Below are positions 9,466 to 18,514 of a DNA stretch of 64,000 nucleotides, one piece after another. A program made the translations under genes and the position numbers. The notes under the pieces are model-generated. The model did no database searches and had not been told where the DNA came from. It worked only from the letters and a program-made list of their open reading frames with translations. This stretch comes from an uncultured Gemmatimonadales bacterium (GTDB lineage Bacteria > Gemmatimonadota > Gemmatimonadetes > Longimicrobiales > RSA9), in assembly GCA_963741945.1 (NCBI GenBank), contig CAVUKA010000001.1, positions 1 to 64,000 on the forward strand, read 5' to 3'. The stretch's first letter is position 1. Every line of letters starts with the position of its first letter.

Positions 9466-10103
9466 CGCTCCCACCCCTCGTTCTTCGCGTCCAGCATGTC
9501 CCGCAGCAGGTCCGCCCGCGCCTCGATCAGCCGGCGCAGACCGGCCTCGTCGTGTTCGTCCCTGTGCTCCGCCAGCCACCGGTCCCCCGCCTCGTCCGCC
9601 GCCAGCGTCACGTCCACCAGCAGGCCCAGAGGGAGATCGCCACGCACCACGCCCAGCTCCCGTCCGCGCGACAGCAGGCCCGCCGTCAGCTGCCTCGCCC
9701 ATTCCAGCGCCGGCCTCACCGCGTCCGCCGCCTCAGGCTCCGCACGCAGCCGCGGAAACGCCATGCTCAGCCGCACGTCCCATCGATCCGCGCTCAGCAA
9801 CCCCACGCTCCGTCGCGCCGTCTCGAGGATCCACTCCCAGTACGACGCGGCCGTCAGCTCCTCCAGCTCCACCCCGCCCACGGCTTCCAGCAGGCGATCG
9901 ATGGCCGTGGCCACGGCCGTGGCGAACAGGTCTTCCTTGTCGTCGAAATAGTAGTACAGCGAGCCCTTGCTGATCCCCGCCCCCTCGATGATCCGGCTCA
10001 GCGACGCGCCCGCGTAGCCGCGCAGCGCAAACTCGTCGGCGGCGGCGGCGAGGATCGCTTCCTGCCGCTCGGGCTCGAGATTGTCGAAGCGATTGCGGGC
10101 CAT
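9462..10103 (-). CDS. TetR/AcrR family transcriptional regulator
   Basis: HTH 'AGISKGSLYYYFDDKEDLF'. First gene of the operon. Confidence 0.92.
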   Translation of the reverse strand: MARNRFDNLEPERQEAILAAAADEFALRGYAGASLSRIIEGAGISKGSLYYYFDDKEDLFATAVATAIDRLLEAVGGVELEELTAASYWEWILETARRSVGLLSADRWDVRLSMAFPRLRAEPEAADAVRPALEWARQLTAGLLSRGRELGVVRGDLPLGLLVDVTLAADEAGDRWLAEHRDEHDEAGLRRLIEARADLLRDMLDAKNEGWER

Positions 10104-10127
10104 GGCGCCTGTTGTACCGTTGGGTTG

Positions 10128-10139
10128 GACCGATCGGTC
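10128..10139. promoter_or_regulatory. Perfect palindrome GACCGATCGGTC, likely TetR operator
   Basis: 12-bp palindrome 24 bp upstream of the tetR ATG. Confidence 0.65.
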
Positions 10140-10215
10140 TGACACGTTAGCAGGCACCGGGTCGGGCCGTCAAGACCGGCGATGGAGCGGGGGGAGGAGG
10201 CGCGGGGGCCGCGGC

Positions 10216-10419
10216 TCAGGAGCGAAAGCCGCGGGTGCGCATGAGGCCCACGAGGACGACGAGGGTGACGGCGATGACGAGTACGCCCACGACGTTCTCG
10301 GAGAGGAGGTGGAGACCCTGGTCGAGCCAGGGAGCGGAGCCGATGCCGGAGCCGCCAGGAGCGCCGGTGGCGGCGCCGTATTCCAGCGCGGCCTGGAGCA
10401 ATGCCATCGTGGCGATCAT
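10216..10419 (-). CDS. Small membrane protein (67 aa)
   Basis: C-terminal TM helix followed by a basic tail. Coding-like codon usage. Confidence 0.45.
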   Translation of the reverse strand: MIATMALLQAALEYGAATGAPGGSGIGSAPWLDQGLHLLSENVVGVLVIAVTLVVLVGLMRTRGFRS

Positions 10420-10805
10420 GGTCAGTCGGGGAGAGAGGGCTCGGGGGTTCGCGGCCGCGCTCCACGGTAGGGCCGGTGTGGGGCCCGCGTCCAGGATCTT
10501 CCGAGGAGTGCCGCCGGCCCGGGGTCGGGAACGGCAGCGCGCGCAGGTAGACGCGGAGTGACAGCCATGGCGCCTTCCGCCACACGCGCGCGCCCACCCG
10601 CGAATCCTGAAGCAGCCGACCGGAGGACCCCCGTCGCCAGGTCCCGGGGCCCCAATCGACCCCGACGTCGGTTACCGCAACCCTCCCCTTCTTCACCACA
10701 TCCATGGACGGGTCGCCGGGGAAGGCCGGGCGGGACCGCGGACGGAAGGTCCCCCCGGGCGGGCATCGGGCGACGAGGCCCGGGTGCCGGGCCGGAGGAA
10801 GAAAG

Positions 10806-10879
10806 TCGGGGCGGCCGGATTCGAACCGGCGACCCCCTGCTCCCAAAGCAGGTGCGCTACCGGACTGCGCCACGCCCCG
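10806..10879 (-). tRNA. tRNA-Pro(TGG)
   Basis: CGGGGCG...CCTGC-TTTGGGA-GCAGG...GTTCGAATC...CGCCCCG-A. Confidence 0.95.
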
Positions 10880-10969
10880 AAGTTTTGCTGGAGTTCCCTG
10901 GCCGCCAGAACGACTGGGAAGATAGCCGCCGGGCGGGCGAGCGGGTAGGCCCGCCGGCGGCTCAGGCGT

Positions 10970-11300
10970 TCACCAGGAGACGATCTGCGTGGGACTGGAT
11001 CCGGACCGGTCCGGCGTCTCTCCAATGTCGGCGAGGGCGGCATGGGACAGCTTGCCGACGGCGTCGGCGTCCATGTGGCCGTAGAAGTTGCACATCGTGT
11101 CCGCGCCCCACGGAAATCCGTCCCACGCGAACCCGGCGATGTAGCCGTCCGCATCGTAGCTGTACGGATCGGCGGGATCGTTGGTGCGGTACGCGTCGAC
11201 GGTGCACCCGCCGTAGTAGCAGACAATGACGGCCCGGGCCAGGGGCGACTCGTTCGCTGCCGCCGTCTTCGCAGCATCGACCGCGGGCGGGGCTCGGCCA
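10970..11300 (-). pseudogene. Possible gene remnant (Tyr/Asp/Cys-rich secreted-protein-like fragment)
   Basis: About 100 codons with coding-like GC3 bias, but no convincing start codon or RBS. Confidence 0.25.
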
Positions 11301-11418
11301 TAGTTGCCACGGACGTGAACGCGGCGCAAACGTTTCGTCGCGGCCTGAAAACGACGCGGGGCGACCCGCGTGGGACCGCCCCGTTTTCGTCGCTCCGCTA
11401 TGGGTGCGACCGGCAGGT

Positions 11419-11507
11419 GCCGGTCACGGGCCTTTAGGTGCCTTTGGCGAGTCGAAGGAGAGCGCCTTCGGACCTTTCGGTATCCTCTCACCGTAGCCCG
11501 TGCCGGC
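11419..11507 (-). ncRNA. Unassigned structured RNA candidate with a GAAA tetraloop and an 11-nt-receptor-like motif
   Basis: Outer stem GCCGGCACGGGC/GCCCGTGACCGGC; internal UACGG/CCUAAA; hairpins CC-GAAA-GG and CGAAGG/CCTTCG. Confidence 0.4.
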
Positions 11508-11535
11508 GAGAGCCCGCGATGCTGGAACATCAAAG

Positions 11536-11574
11536 CCACGGAGAGGGGAGGCCAACCCTCTCCCCTCTCCGTGG
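11536..11574. terminator. Strong hairpin, probable terminator of the adhesin gene
   Basis: 15-bp stem CCACGGAGAGGGGAG/CTCCCCTCTCCGTGG, 12 bp after the stop at 11587. Confidence 0.65.
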
Positions 11575-11586
11575 GCTGGAGGAACA

Positions 11587-14500
11587 CTAGGGGGTCGCGG
11601 GAACCGCCACAACGCCGTGCACGATCACCCAGATCGTACCGGTGAGCGTCACGAGGCTGAACTGTCCGGGGGCATCCGTGTACGTTCCGTTCTTCTTCAT
11701 CGGGAACATGGTGGTCCCGGCGTAAACGTGCTCACTCTGGAGGGAGAAGCCGGGCTCCAGGTTCCACGTGACGTCCAGCGAGCCAGCGCTGTACTCCACC
11801 GTAACGGTGCCCGCGTACATCCCGTTGTCCGGATTGCACTGGGCGGCGCCGGCGTAGACCGGCCACGTGTAGGTGCCGTACCCGATCTGGTTCGTCCAAC
11901 CCCAGTTCGAGAAGCCGTTGTCAATGAAGCACTGCGACGGAACCGGCGCATCGAGCGCCGCCGCATCGCCGCCGAATGCGTACGCCGTCTCATAGGTGTA
12001 CATCACGACATCGTCGTTGGTGATCGTGCAGACGACGTCATCCCCATTCGCCAGCGTGGCGGAGCCCGCGTTGTACGCGGTGCCCGAAGCGGTCACCGGC
12101 GTGCAGCTCCACGTCCCTTCCGTGTAGCCGGCCACATCCAGCTCACTGAAGGTGTAGGGGCCAGCGGCCACTTCCATCCTGTTGCTCGTGTACTTCAGCG
12201 TGGCCGTCCCGTCCGCCACACCGCCGTCCCACGAGAGCGTGCCCGCGTCCGTGGTGATACCGAAATCGCCGACCACGGCGGTTCCGCCGTTGTCGTTGAT
12301 GATCCGCTTCACCAGGGTCAGGTACGCCGGGTCGTCATCGTTGGTGATGGTGCACGTGACGTCAGCACCATTGGCCAGCGTGACGGAGCCCGCGTCGTAG
12401 GCGGTACCCGAAGCGGAGACCGGCGTGCAGCCCCACGTGCCTTCCGTGTAGCCCGTCACGTCGTTCTCGCTGAAGGTGTAGCTGCCGGCGGACAGGTTGA
12501 ACGTATTGCTCGTGTACTTCAGCGTGTTGGCACCGTCCGCCACGCCTGCGCCGAAGGACAGCGAGCCCGCCGATGTGGTGATCCCGAAGGCACTGTACGT
12601 GGCGGTGCCGCCGTGATCATTCACCACCCGCTTGACCAGCGTCAGCTTGGCCGGCTGGTCCGTGTTGGTGATGGAGCAGTAGGCGGAATCCGCGAGCGCC
12701 AGCGTAACGCTGTTCGTCGAGTTCGCAGCCCCCCCGTTCTTGGAGCAGCTGAACGTGGTCCCGTTCGTGTAGCCGGTATAGCTGCCGGTCTCAGAGAGGG
12801 CGTACGTACCCGCCTTGAACGTGGCGGTGCTCACGACGTCCGCGCTCCCCGCGGCGCCCGGACCGGTCAGCGTGCCCGCCGTCCCACCGTTCGCGACAAG
12901 TGTCCAGTCGGACTCCGGCCGCGTGCCGCCGTAGCTGTAGCTGGTGATCTTGTCCAGCACCAGCTTCGGAGCGATGTCGTTGTTCGTGATCGTGCAGACC
13001 ACCGTACCGCCGAAAGGAACGGTCACGGCGCCGGCACTGATCGTGTTGTCCGACGGCGTGGCACCGGTGCAGCTCCAGGTGCCTTCCGCGTAGCCGGCGA
13101 TGTCGCTCTCACGCAACGTGTAGCTGCCCGCCGCCACGGTGATCGCCGTGGCCGTATACTTCAGCGTGTTGGCGCCGTCTGCCACGCCCGTGCCGAAGGA
13201 CAGCGAGCCCGCCGATGTCGTGATCCCGAAGGCACTGTACGTCGCGGTGCCGCCGTTGTCGTTCACGACGCGCTTGATGATCTGGAGTGTAGCCGGTGTG
13301 TCCGTGTTGGTGATGGAGCAGTAGGCGGAATCCGCGAGCGCCAGCGTAACGCTGTTCGTCGAGCTCGCAGCCCCCCCGTTCTTGGAGCAGCTGAACGTGG
13401 TCCCGTTCGTGTAGCCGGTATAGCTGCCGGTCTCCGAGAGGGCGTACGTACCCGCCTTGAACGTGGCGGTGCTCACGACGTCCGCGCTCCCCGCGGCGCC
13501 CGGACCGGTCAGCGTGCCCGCCGTCCCACCGTTCGCGACAAGTGTCCAGTCGGACTCCGGCCGCGTGCCGCCGTAGCTGTAGCTGGTGATCTTGTCCAGC
13601 ACCAGCTTCGGAGCGATGTCGTTGTTGACGATCGTGCAGACGACGTCATCCCCGCTCGCGAGTGTGATCGAGCCCGCGTTGTACGCGGTGCCCGAGGCGG
13701 TCACCGGAGTGCAGCTCCACGTCCCTTCCGTGTAGCCGGTCACGTCATTCTCGCCGAAGGTGTACGTTCCGGCCATGAGCGGACCCAGCGTGTTGCTGGT
13801 GTAGATCATCGTGTCGCCGGCAGCAACGCCCGCACCCCACGTCGGCGAGCCGGCGTCGGTGGCGATACCGAAATCACCGACGACGGCGGTCCCGCCGTTG
13901 TTGTTGACCACCTTCTTGACCAGCTTCAGCCGCGCCGGAACCGGACGCAGGATCGTGCTCACCTCCTCGAAGGTGGAGCCCGTCTCCCAGCCCGGATCCC
14001 CGCCCGGGTCGCCGTACTGCGCGTGCAGCACCAGGTAGACGCCGCACGAGGAGGCGTCGGCGCCCTGGTAATAGCAGTCGTCGAGCAGGCTGGCGGCCCC
14101 CGCTTCGCCGCCTGCGACCCCGACCGCCGCGGTGGTGAACAGGTCCTCCGGGATCAGGATGCGGTAGTCCAGATCGAGCCCGGACCCGCTCGTCACCGCG
14201 TCGGTGGCGTACGCGGTTCCGCCGAAGAAGCCATAGACCTGCTCGCAAGCCGAGTTCGACTCGAAGTCGCTGACCGCGTCGTACTGGGGCGCGTTATCGT
14301 CGTCGCACAACCAGAGGTCGAAGATCTGGATCGCGAACAGCGCGGCGGCGCCGCTGTTGGCCTCGTTTGCGTCGAGGATCAGCTCCCGGAAATAGTGGCC
14401 GCTTCCCTCCGGCTCCTCGATGGTCGGAACATGATTCAGCGACAGGTCGTGCGTGAAGTTCGTGTACCGCTTCCCGTCCAGCGACGTGACCAGGCTGTTG

Positions 14501-14766
14501 AAGCCTTCCTCCACCGGGCTGGCCTGGACGCTCAGGAACGGGTTGATCTGTCCCGTCCCGACGTTGAACGGCACCGGCCACTGCCAGATGGCCCCGTTGA
14601 TGGTCGCGGTGCCACTGGGGAGGGTGTTGATGTCCCAATAAGTGGGGTTGGTCCCATGGGACATGGACGCCTCGCCTGGCGTCACGACCGGGTCGGGGGT
14701 GTCGCTGCACGCCATGGCCGTCAGGCCAAGGATGGCGAGCACCGACGTTCGTTTGAACCAGCTCAT
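11587..14766 (-). CDS. Large surface lipoprotein/adhesin with six SpaA/CnaB-like (prealbumin-fold) repeats
   Basis: Lipobox LTAMAC. Six ~107-aa domains, each with K (L-x-K), E (YxxxE), N (CTITN/CSITN) and two Cys. Distinct N- and C-terminal domains. GAAGGAG RBS. Confidence 0.8.
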   Translation of the reverse strand: MSWFKRTSVLAILGLTAMACSDTPDPVVTPGEASMSHGTNPTYWDINTLPSGTATINGAIWQWPVPFNVGTGQINPFLSVQASPVEEGFNSLVTSLDGKRYTNFTHDLSLNHVPTIEEPEGSGHYFRELILDANEANSGAAALFAIQIFDLWLCDDDNAPQYDAVSDFESNSACEQVYGFFGGTAYATDAVTSGSGLDLDYRILIPEDLFTTAAVGVAGGEAGAASLLDDCYYQGADASSCGVYLVLHAQYGDPGGDPGWETGSTFEEVSTILRPVPARLKLVKKVVNNNGGTAVVGDFGIATDAGSPTWGAGVAAGDTMIYTSNTLGPLMAGTYTFGENDVTGYTEGTWSCTPVTASGTAYNAGSITLASGDDVVCTIVNNDIAPKLVLDKITSYSYGGTRPESDWTLVANGGTAGTLTGPGAAGSADVVSTATFKAGTYALSETGSYTGYTNGTTFSCSKNGGAASSTNSVTLALADSAYCSITNTDTPATLQIIKRVVNDNGGTATYSAFGITTSAGSLSFGTGVADGANTLKYTATAITVAAGSYTLRESDIAGYAEGTWSCTGATPSDNTISAGAVTVPFGGTVVCTITNNDIAPKLVLDKITSYSYGGTRPESDWTLVANGGTAGTLTGPGAAGSADVVSTATFKAGTYALSETGSYTGYTNGTTFSCSKNGGAANSTNSVTLALADSAYCSITNTDQPAKLTLVKRVVNDHGGTATYSAFGITTSAGSLSFGAGVADGANTLKYTSNTFNLSAGSYTFSENDVTGYTEGTWGCTPVSASGTAYDAGSVTLANGADVTCTITNDDDPAYLTLVKRIINDNGGTAVVGDFGITTDAGTLSWDGGVADGTATLKYTSNRMEVAAGPYTFSELDVAGYTEGTWSCTPVTASGTAYNAGSATLANGDDVVCTITNDDVVMYTYETAYAFGGDAAALDAPVPSQCFIDNGFSNWGWTNQIGYGTYTWPVYAGAAQCNPDNGMYAGTVTVEYSAGSLDVTWNLEPGFSLQSEHVYAGTTMFPMKKNGTYTDAPGQFSLVTLTGTIWVIVHGVVAVPATP
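12658..13626. repeat. Near-identical 327-bp intragenic duplication (12658-12984 and 13300-13626)
   Basis: Offset 642 bp; two mismatches found by eye. Confidence 0.9.
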
Positions 14767-14826
14767 GATGAATGCTCCTTCGACAGATGAGGGTTACCTG
14801 CGCGCGTGTGTGCGCGCAGGAGCCCC

Positions 14827-14925
14827 CCTTACGGCAGCCAGGCCATCTCGCGGGCCGTTCTTCGGCGCTCGAGATCCCGGGGCTTTGCGGACCGGCCTCG
14901 CGGCCGGGGTGCCTTTGTCGGAAGG
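14827..14925 (-). promoter_or_regulatory. Cyclic di-GMP-I (GEMM-I) riboswitch, G20 type
   Basis: CCG-ACAAAG-GCACCC-CGGCC-GCGA-GGCCG-GTCCGC-AAAGCC...TCTC..GAGA...GGCTGCCG, 60 nt upstream of the adhesin ATG. Confidence 0.8.
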
Positions 14926-15190
14926 AGGAAGGGTGGGTTCGCCCGCGGGTTACGGGGGTGCCCGGGACTCCACCCTCCGGCGGCCAAACCGGTGGTGAAT
15001 CAATCGGGATTCTCCTGGGATAAAGGGCGAAAAAAGGCCGACCGCGCGGCCGGCTTTCATCGCCCGTAAGCGCCAAGAGCAGCTCGATCCGATAACAATA
15101 ATTTACTTGCGGAGCGTCGGTGGATCGTCGAATATTGGGGGTATCCGTGTACCAGTTTCACAGACTCTACCCGGGGACCGGGACCCAAGA

Positions 15191-15931
15191 TTGACGACCA
15201 CCGCGTCCAAACCCCTGGCGCGGCTGCGCCTGCTCGGACCTGTTGCGGCCCGCGATCGACGCGGCCGCCCCGCGAACGTGGGCGAGAAGCCGCTGGCGCT
15301 CCTCGCGTACCTTCACGTGGCCCCACCTGCGGGTCTGAAGGACCGCGATACGGTCGCGGGGATGTTCTGGCCGGACTTCGACACCGGTCGTGCGCGCCGG
15401 GGACTGCGGCAGTCCATCGCCGCCCTGCGATTCGTGTTCGGCCGCGGTGTAGTGGTGTCGCACGGCAAGCATCACCTGGAACTGCCTGCGGGCGGGGTGG
15501 TGAGCGACGTCATGGAGCTGAGGGCAGCGAGGGCCGCGGGGCGGCTGGAGGAGGCTGCCGATCACTACCAGGGCGCGTTCATGGAAGGAGCGAGACTGCT
15601 CAACGTCTCCGAAGACGTGCACGAGTGGGTCTTCCGGCAGCGCCTTCTGCTGGAGACGGAGGCGACAGGACTGCTCGTCGAGTTGGCGCAGAGGGCGGCC
15701 GTGGCCGGCAAGGGAGAGGTGGCCCTGAACTGGGCCAGGCGAGCGCTGTGGCTGACCGGGGGGAAGGAGACCACGCTGCGTGGCCTGCTCCGCGGTTGCT
15801 GTGAAGGCGGCCAGTTCGGCGTGGCAGCCGAGCTGTACAGCGAGTACGTTGGTTGGCTCCATCGGCAAGCGGACCTCGATCCCTCACCGGCCACACGGGC
15901 GGTGGTCGCGGAGCTCCTGGAACGGGTCTGA
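15191..15931 (+). CDS. SARP/AfsR-like regulator (winged helix + BTAD); start uncertain (15107 or 15191)
   Basis: 'LRLLGP', 'KPLALLAYL', 'RDTVAGMFWP..RARRGLRQ', 'YQGAFMEG', 'EWVFRQR', 'LDPSPATRA'. Confidence 0.8.
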   Translation: MTTTASKPLARLRLLGPVAARDRRGRPANVGEKPLALLAYLHVAPPAGLKDRDTVAGMFWPDFDTGRARRGLRQSIAALRFVFGRGVVVSHGKHHLELPAGGVVSDVMELRAARAAGRLEEAADHYQGAFMEGARLLNVSEDVHEWVFRQRLLLETEATGLLVELAQRAAVAGKGEVALNWARRALWLTGGKETTLRGLLRGCCEGGQFGVAAELYSEYVGWLHRQADLDPSPATRAVVAELLERV

Positions 15932-16279
15932 TGGGTGCCGCATTTCGTCCCGTGCAGAAGACCATTGATGGGCGGGGCGGTCATCTCTTCCGATCGAGAT
16001 CGCGGAGCAGCCGGAATGCCGGCCACCGGGTCGAGGCGGCGGGAACCCCGGTCACGGGGGCAGTGCGGCACCGGGCCAGTGCCGCAACGGCTCATAGAGG
16101 GTTCATCGGCCGGATCGCCGCCCCGAAAACATTTCCGAATTCGAGCACTTGCTGCCGCGGTCACGCCCCCTGGTGATCGTCGTAAGATCCAGGGCGCCTT
16201 CCGAATAGGGACTTTACAGCACTCTGGCCCTCCGCTTGCCCCCAGGGGAATCGCGCCCTAGCACCAACACCCGAGCAGT

Positions 16280-16370
16280 TCGCTGCCCAGAGCAAACCCG
16301 GCGAAAGCCGGCGACGCAGAGTCACGGGGCTATCGCGGGTCTCCCGCCACGCCCGCCGGACCGCCAGCGA
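16280..16370 (+). promoter_or_regulatory. GEMM-I riboswitch with A at the G20-equivalent position (predicted c-AMP-GMP type)
   Basis: P1 TCGCTG/CAGCGA; J1/2 CCCAGA; GCAAAC-CCGGC-GAAA-GCCGG-CGACGC; about 60 nt upstream of the protease ATG. Confidence 0.75.
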
Positions 16371-16432
16371 TCGCATGAACGGATCGCGGCGGCCGCAGCC
16401 GCCTCCCCGTTCCAACTCACGGAGAGGAATTG

Positions 16433-18385
16433 ATGAAGCGACTGCACGTGTTCATGCTGCTGACCCTGCTGTCGGCGGCAGGGTGCGGAGAGTCCGCCAA
16501 CCCCGTCGAGCCGGCGGCTGCGGAGGCCGGGACCCCTGTCACGGCCAATGCCGGTGACCCGGCCTCTCAGGCCAACGCCCGGTTCATCGTCACGCTCGCG
16601 CCGACGGCCCGGCCGGCCGAAGTGGCAGCGGAGCACGGAGTGGAGCCGGAATTCGTATACCAGACGGTGCTGAAAGGCTTTGCGGGCGTGATCGGTGAAG
16701 TCGCACGGGCCGGGCTGCTCAAGGACGCACGCGTGGTGCGGGTGGAGAAGGACCAGGAAGTCACGGTGGACGGGTCGGTCCAGCCGGGTGCCACTTGGGG
16801 GCTCGACCGGGTCGATCAGCGGGCATCCTCCCTGGATGGCGCCTACACCTACGATTACTCAGGTGTGGGTGTCACGGTCTACATCGTCGACACGGGAATC
16901 CGATACTCGCACGAGGAGTTCGCAGGACGGGCGTCGCCCGGATTCGATGTCCTGTACGGGGACGGGTCCGACTGCCATGGCCACGGCACGCACGTGGCGG
17001 GCACCGTCGCCGGCTCGACGTATGGCGTGGCGAAAGCGGCGCACCTGGTGTCGGTGCGGGTGCTGCAGTGCAATGGCTCGGGAAGCCTGAGCGGGGTGAT
17101 CGCCGGCCTCGACTGGATCGGTCGCAACGCCACGGGGCCGGCGGTGGCCAACATGTCGCTGGGCGGCACAGCGAGCTTCACGCTGGACGATGCGGTGGAG
17201 CGGCTGGTGTCGAACGGCGTGACGACGGTGGTGGCCGCCGGGAACAACAACGCGGACGCGTGCGGCTACTCCCCGGCCGGAGCCGCTTCAGCCATTACGG
17301 TGGGGGCGACGACGAGCAGCGACACCCGCTCGTCCTTCTCGAACTATGGCTCGTGCCTGGACCTCTTCGCGCCCGGGAGCTTGATCACGTCCTCGTACTA
17401 CACGAGCGATGACGCCACCTCCACGATGAGCGGCACCTCCATGGCCTCACCCCACGTGGCGGGCGCGGCCGCGCTTTACCTGTCGGAGTTCCCGGACGCG
17501 TCGCCGGCGGAGGTCGCCGCGGGGCTGGCCGCCCGGGCTACGCACGGGGTTGTGGCGAACGCGCAGAGCGGGCACGCCGACCTGCTTTACACGCTGGGTG
17601 ACGGCACCACCTCGCCGCCGCCGGCACCGAGCAACCAGGCGCCGTCCGCGAGCTTCAGCTTCTCGTGCACCGACCTTTCCTGTGTGTTCACGGATGGCAG
17701 CAGCGACGCGGACGGGAGCGTGGCGGGGTGGAACTGGAGCTTCGGCGACGGCGCCACGGCGGCCGACCGCAGCCCGACGCACGTCTATCCGGTGGGCGGC
17801 AGCTATCAGGTCACGCTGCGGGTCACGGATGACATAGGCGCAACGGCGACGACGAGCCAGCAAGTCACGGTGCAGACGGCGAGCACAAACGCGCCGCCGA
17901 CGCCGGGGTTCAACGCGAGCTGCGACGGGCTCTGGTGCTCGTTCAGCGACGCGAGTGTGGACGGCGACGGCCAGGTGGTGAGCTGGACGTGGGACTTCGG
18001 CGACGGGAGCACGCAGAGCTTCGCGGAGGCGCCGGCCAGCCCGACGCACGCGTATACGGAGCCGGGCAGCTTCGACGTGCGGCTGACGGTCACGGACGAC
18101 GACGGCGCGAGCGCCACGACCACCCGGGCCGTCACCGTGGCAGGGATCACGCTCACGGTGGCGGCCGGGAAGGACAAGGGTCGACACCTGCTCCAGATGA
18201 CGTGGAGCGGGGCCGGGGGGGACTTGGTGCAGATCTTCATCAACCAGCAGCCGCTGGCGGAGCCGACGCCGAATCTCGGCTACTATGAATACATGACCGG
18301 GAACAAGGGCAAGGCCAGCTACGCGTTGCAGCTGTGCGAGATGACCCTCGACCGCTGCTCGGCGGTGCAGACGGTGCAGTACTGA
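16433..18385 (+). CDS. S8 subtilisin-like (aqualysin/proteinase K-type) lipoprotein protease with I9 prodomain and two PKD domains
   Basis: Lipobox AAGC; catalytic VDTG, HGTHVAG, GTSMASPHVAG; two W-x-FGDG PKD repeats. Confidence 0.92.
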   Translation: MKRLHVFMLLTLLSAAGCGESANPVEPAAAEAGTPVTANAGDPASQANARFIVTLAPTARPAEVAAEHGVEPEFVYQTVLKGFAGVIGEVARAGLLKDARVVRVEKDQEVTVDGSVQPGATWGLDRVDQRASSLDGAYTYDYSGVGVTVYIVDTGIRYSHEEFAGRASPGFDVLYGDGSDCHGHGTHVAGTVAGSTYGVAKAAHLVSVRVLQCNGSGSLSGVIAGLDWIGRNATGPAVANMSLGGTASFTLDDAVERLVSNGVTTVVAAGNNNADACGYSPAGAASAITVGATTSSDTRSSFSNYGSCLDLFAPGSLITSSYYTSDDATSTMSGTSMASPHVAGAAALYLSEFPDASPAEVAAGLAARATHGVVANAQSGHADLLYTLGDGTTSPPPAPSNQAPSASFSFSCTDLSCVFTDGSSDADGSVAGWNWSFGDGATAADRSPTHVYPVGGSYQVTLRVTDDIGATATTSQQVTVQTASTNAPPTPGFNASCDGLWCSFSDASVDGDGQVVSWTWDFGDGSTQSFAEAPASPTHAYTEPGSFDVRLTVTDDDGASATTTRAVTVAGITLTVAAGKDKGRHLLQMTWSGAGGDLVQIFINQQPLAEPTPNLGYYEYMTGNKGKASYALQLCEMTLDRCSAVQTVQY

Positions 18386-18429
18386 GGTCCAGTCGCATGG
18401 GGTGAGTACAGGCGATCGGCGGGACCGGA

Positions 18430-18462
18430 AAGGGCCGCGAGGGGAAGCCCCCCGCGGCCCTT
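18430..18462. terminator. Bidirectional terminator hairpin
   Basis: AAGGGCCGCG...CGCGGCCCTT between two convergent genes. Confidence 0.65.
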
Positions 18463-18514
18463 CTCACATCCCTTCCCTACCGCGGACCGCCCATCACGCG
18501 GTCACCGGAGGGGA

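Noticed and set aside
10422-10800. ORFs between the small TM gene and tRNA-Pro
   Set aside because: No recognisable motifs or consistent coding signal.
11440-11495. Glycine riboswitch (GAGAG...CCGAAGGCGC) or hammerhead (GACGAAAC nearby)
   Set aside because: No CUCUCAGG-type 3' element and the CGAAGG is sequestered in its own hairpin; no CUGANGA core on the matching strand.
12658-13626. Repeat pair as a DGR template/variable region or CRISPR array
   Set aside because: In-frame domain duplication with only two mismatches; no reverse transcriptase, spacers or cas genes nearby.
11500-14790. 1096-aa plus-strand ORF, and many other long overlapping ORFs across the window
   Set aside because: Antisense or shifted-frame shadows of real genes in high-GC DNA; Arg/Pro/Gly-rich with no recognisable motifs.
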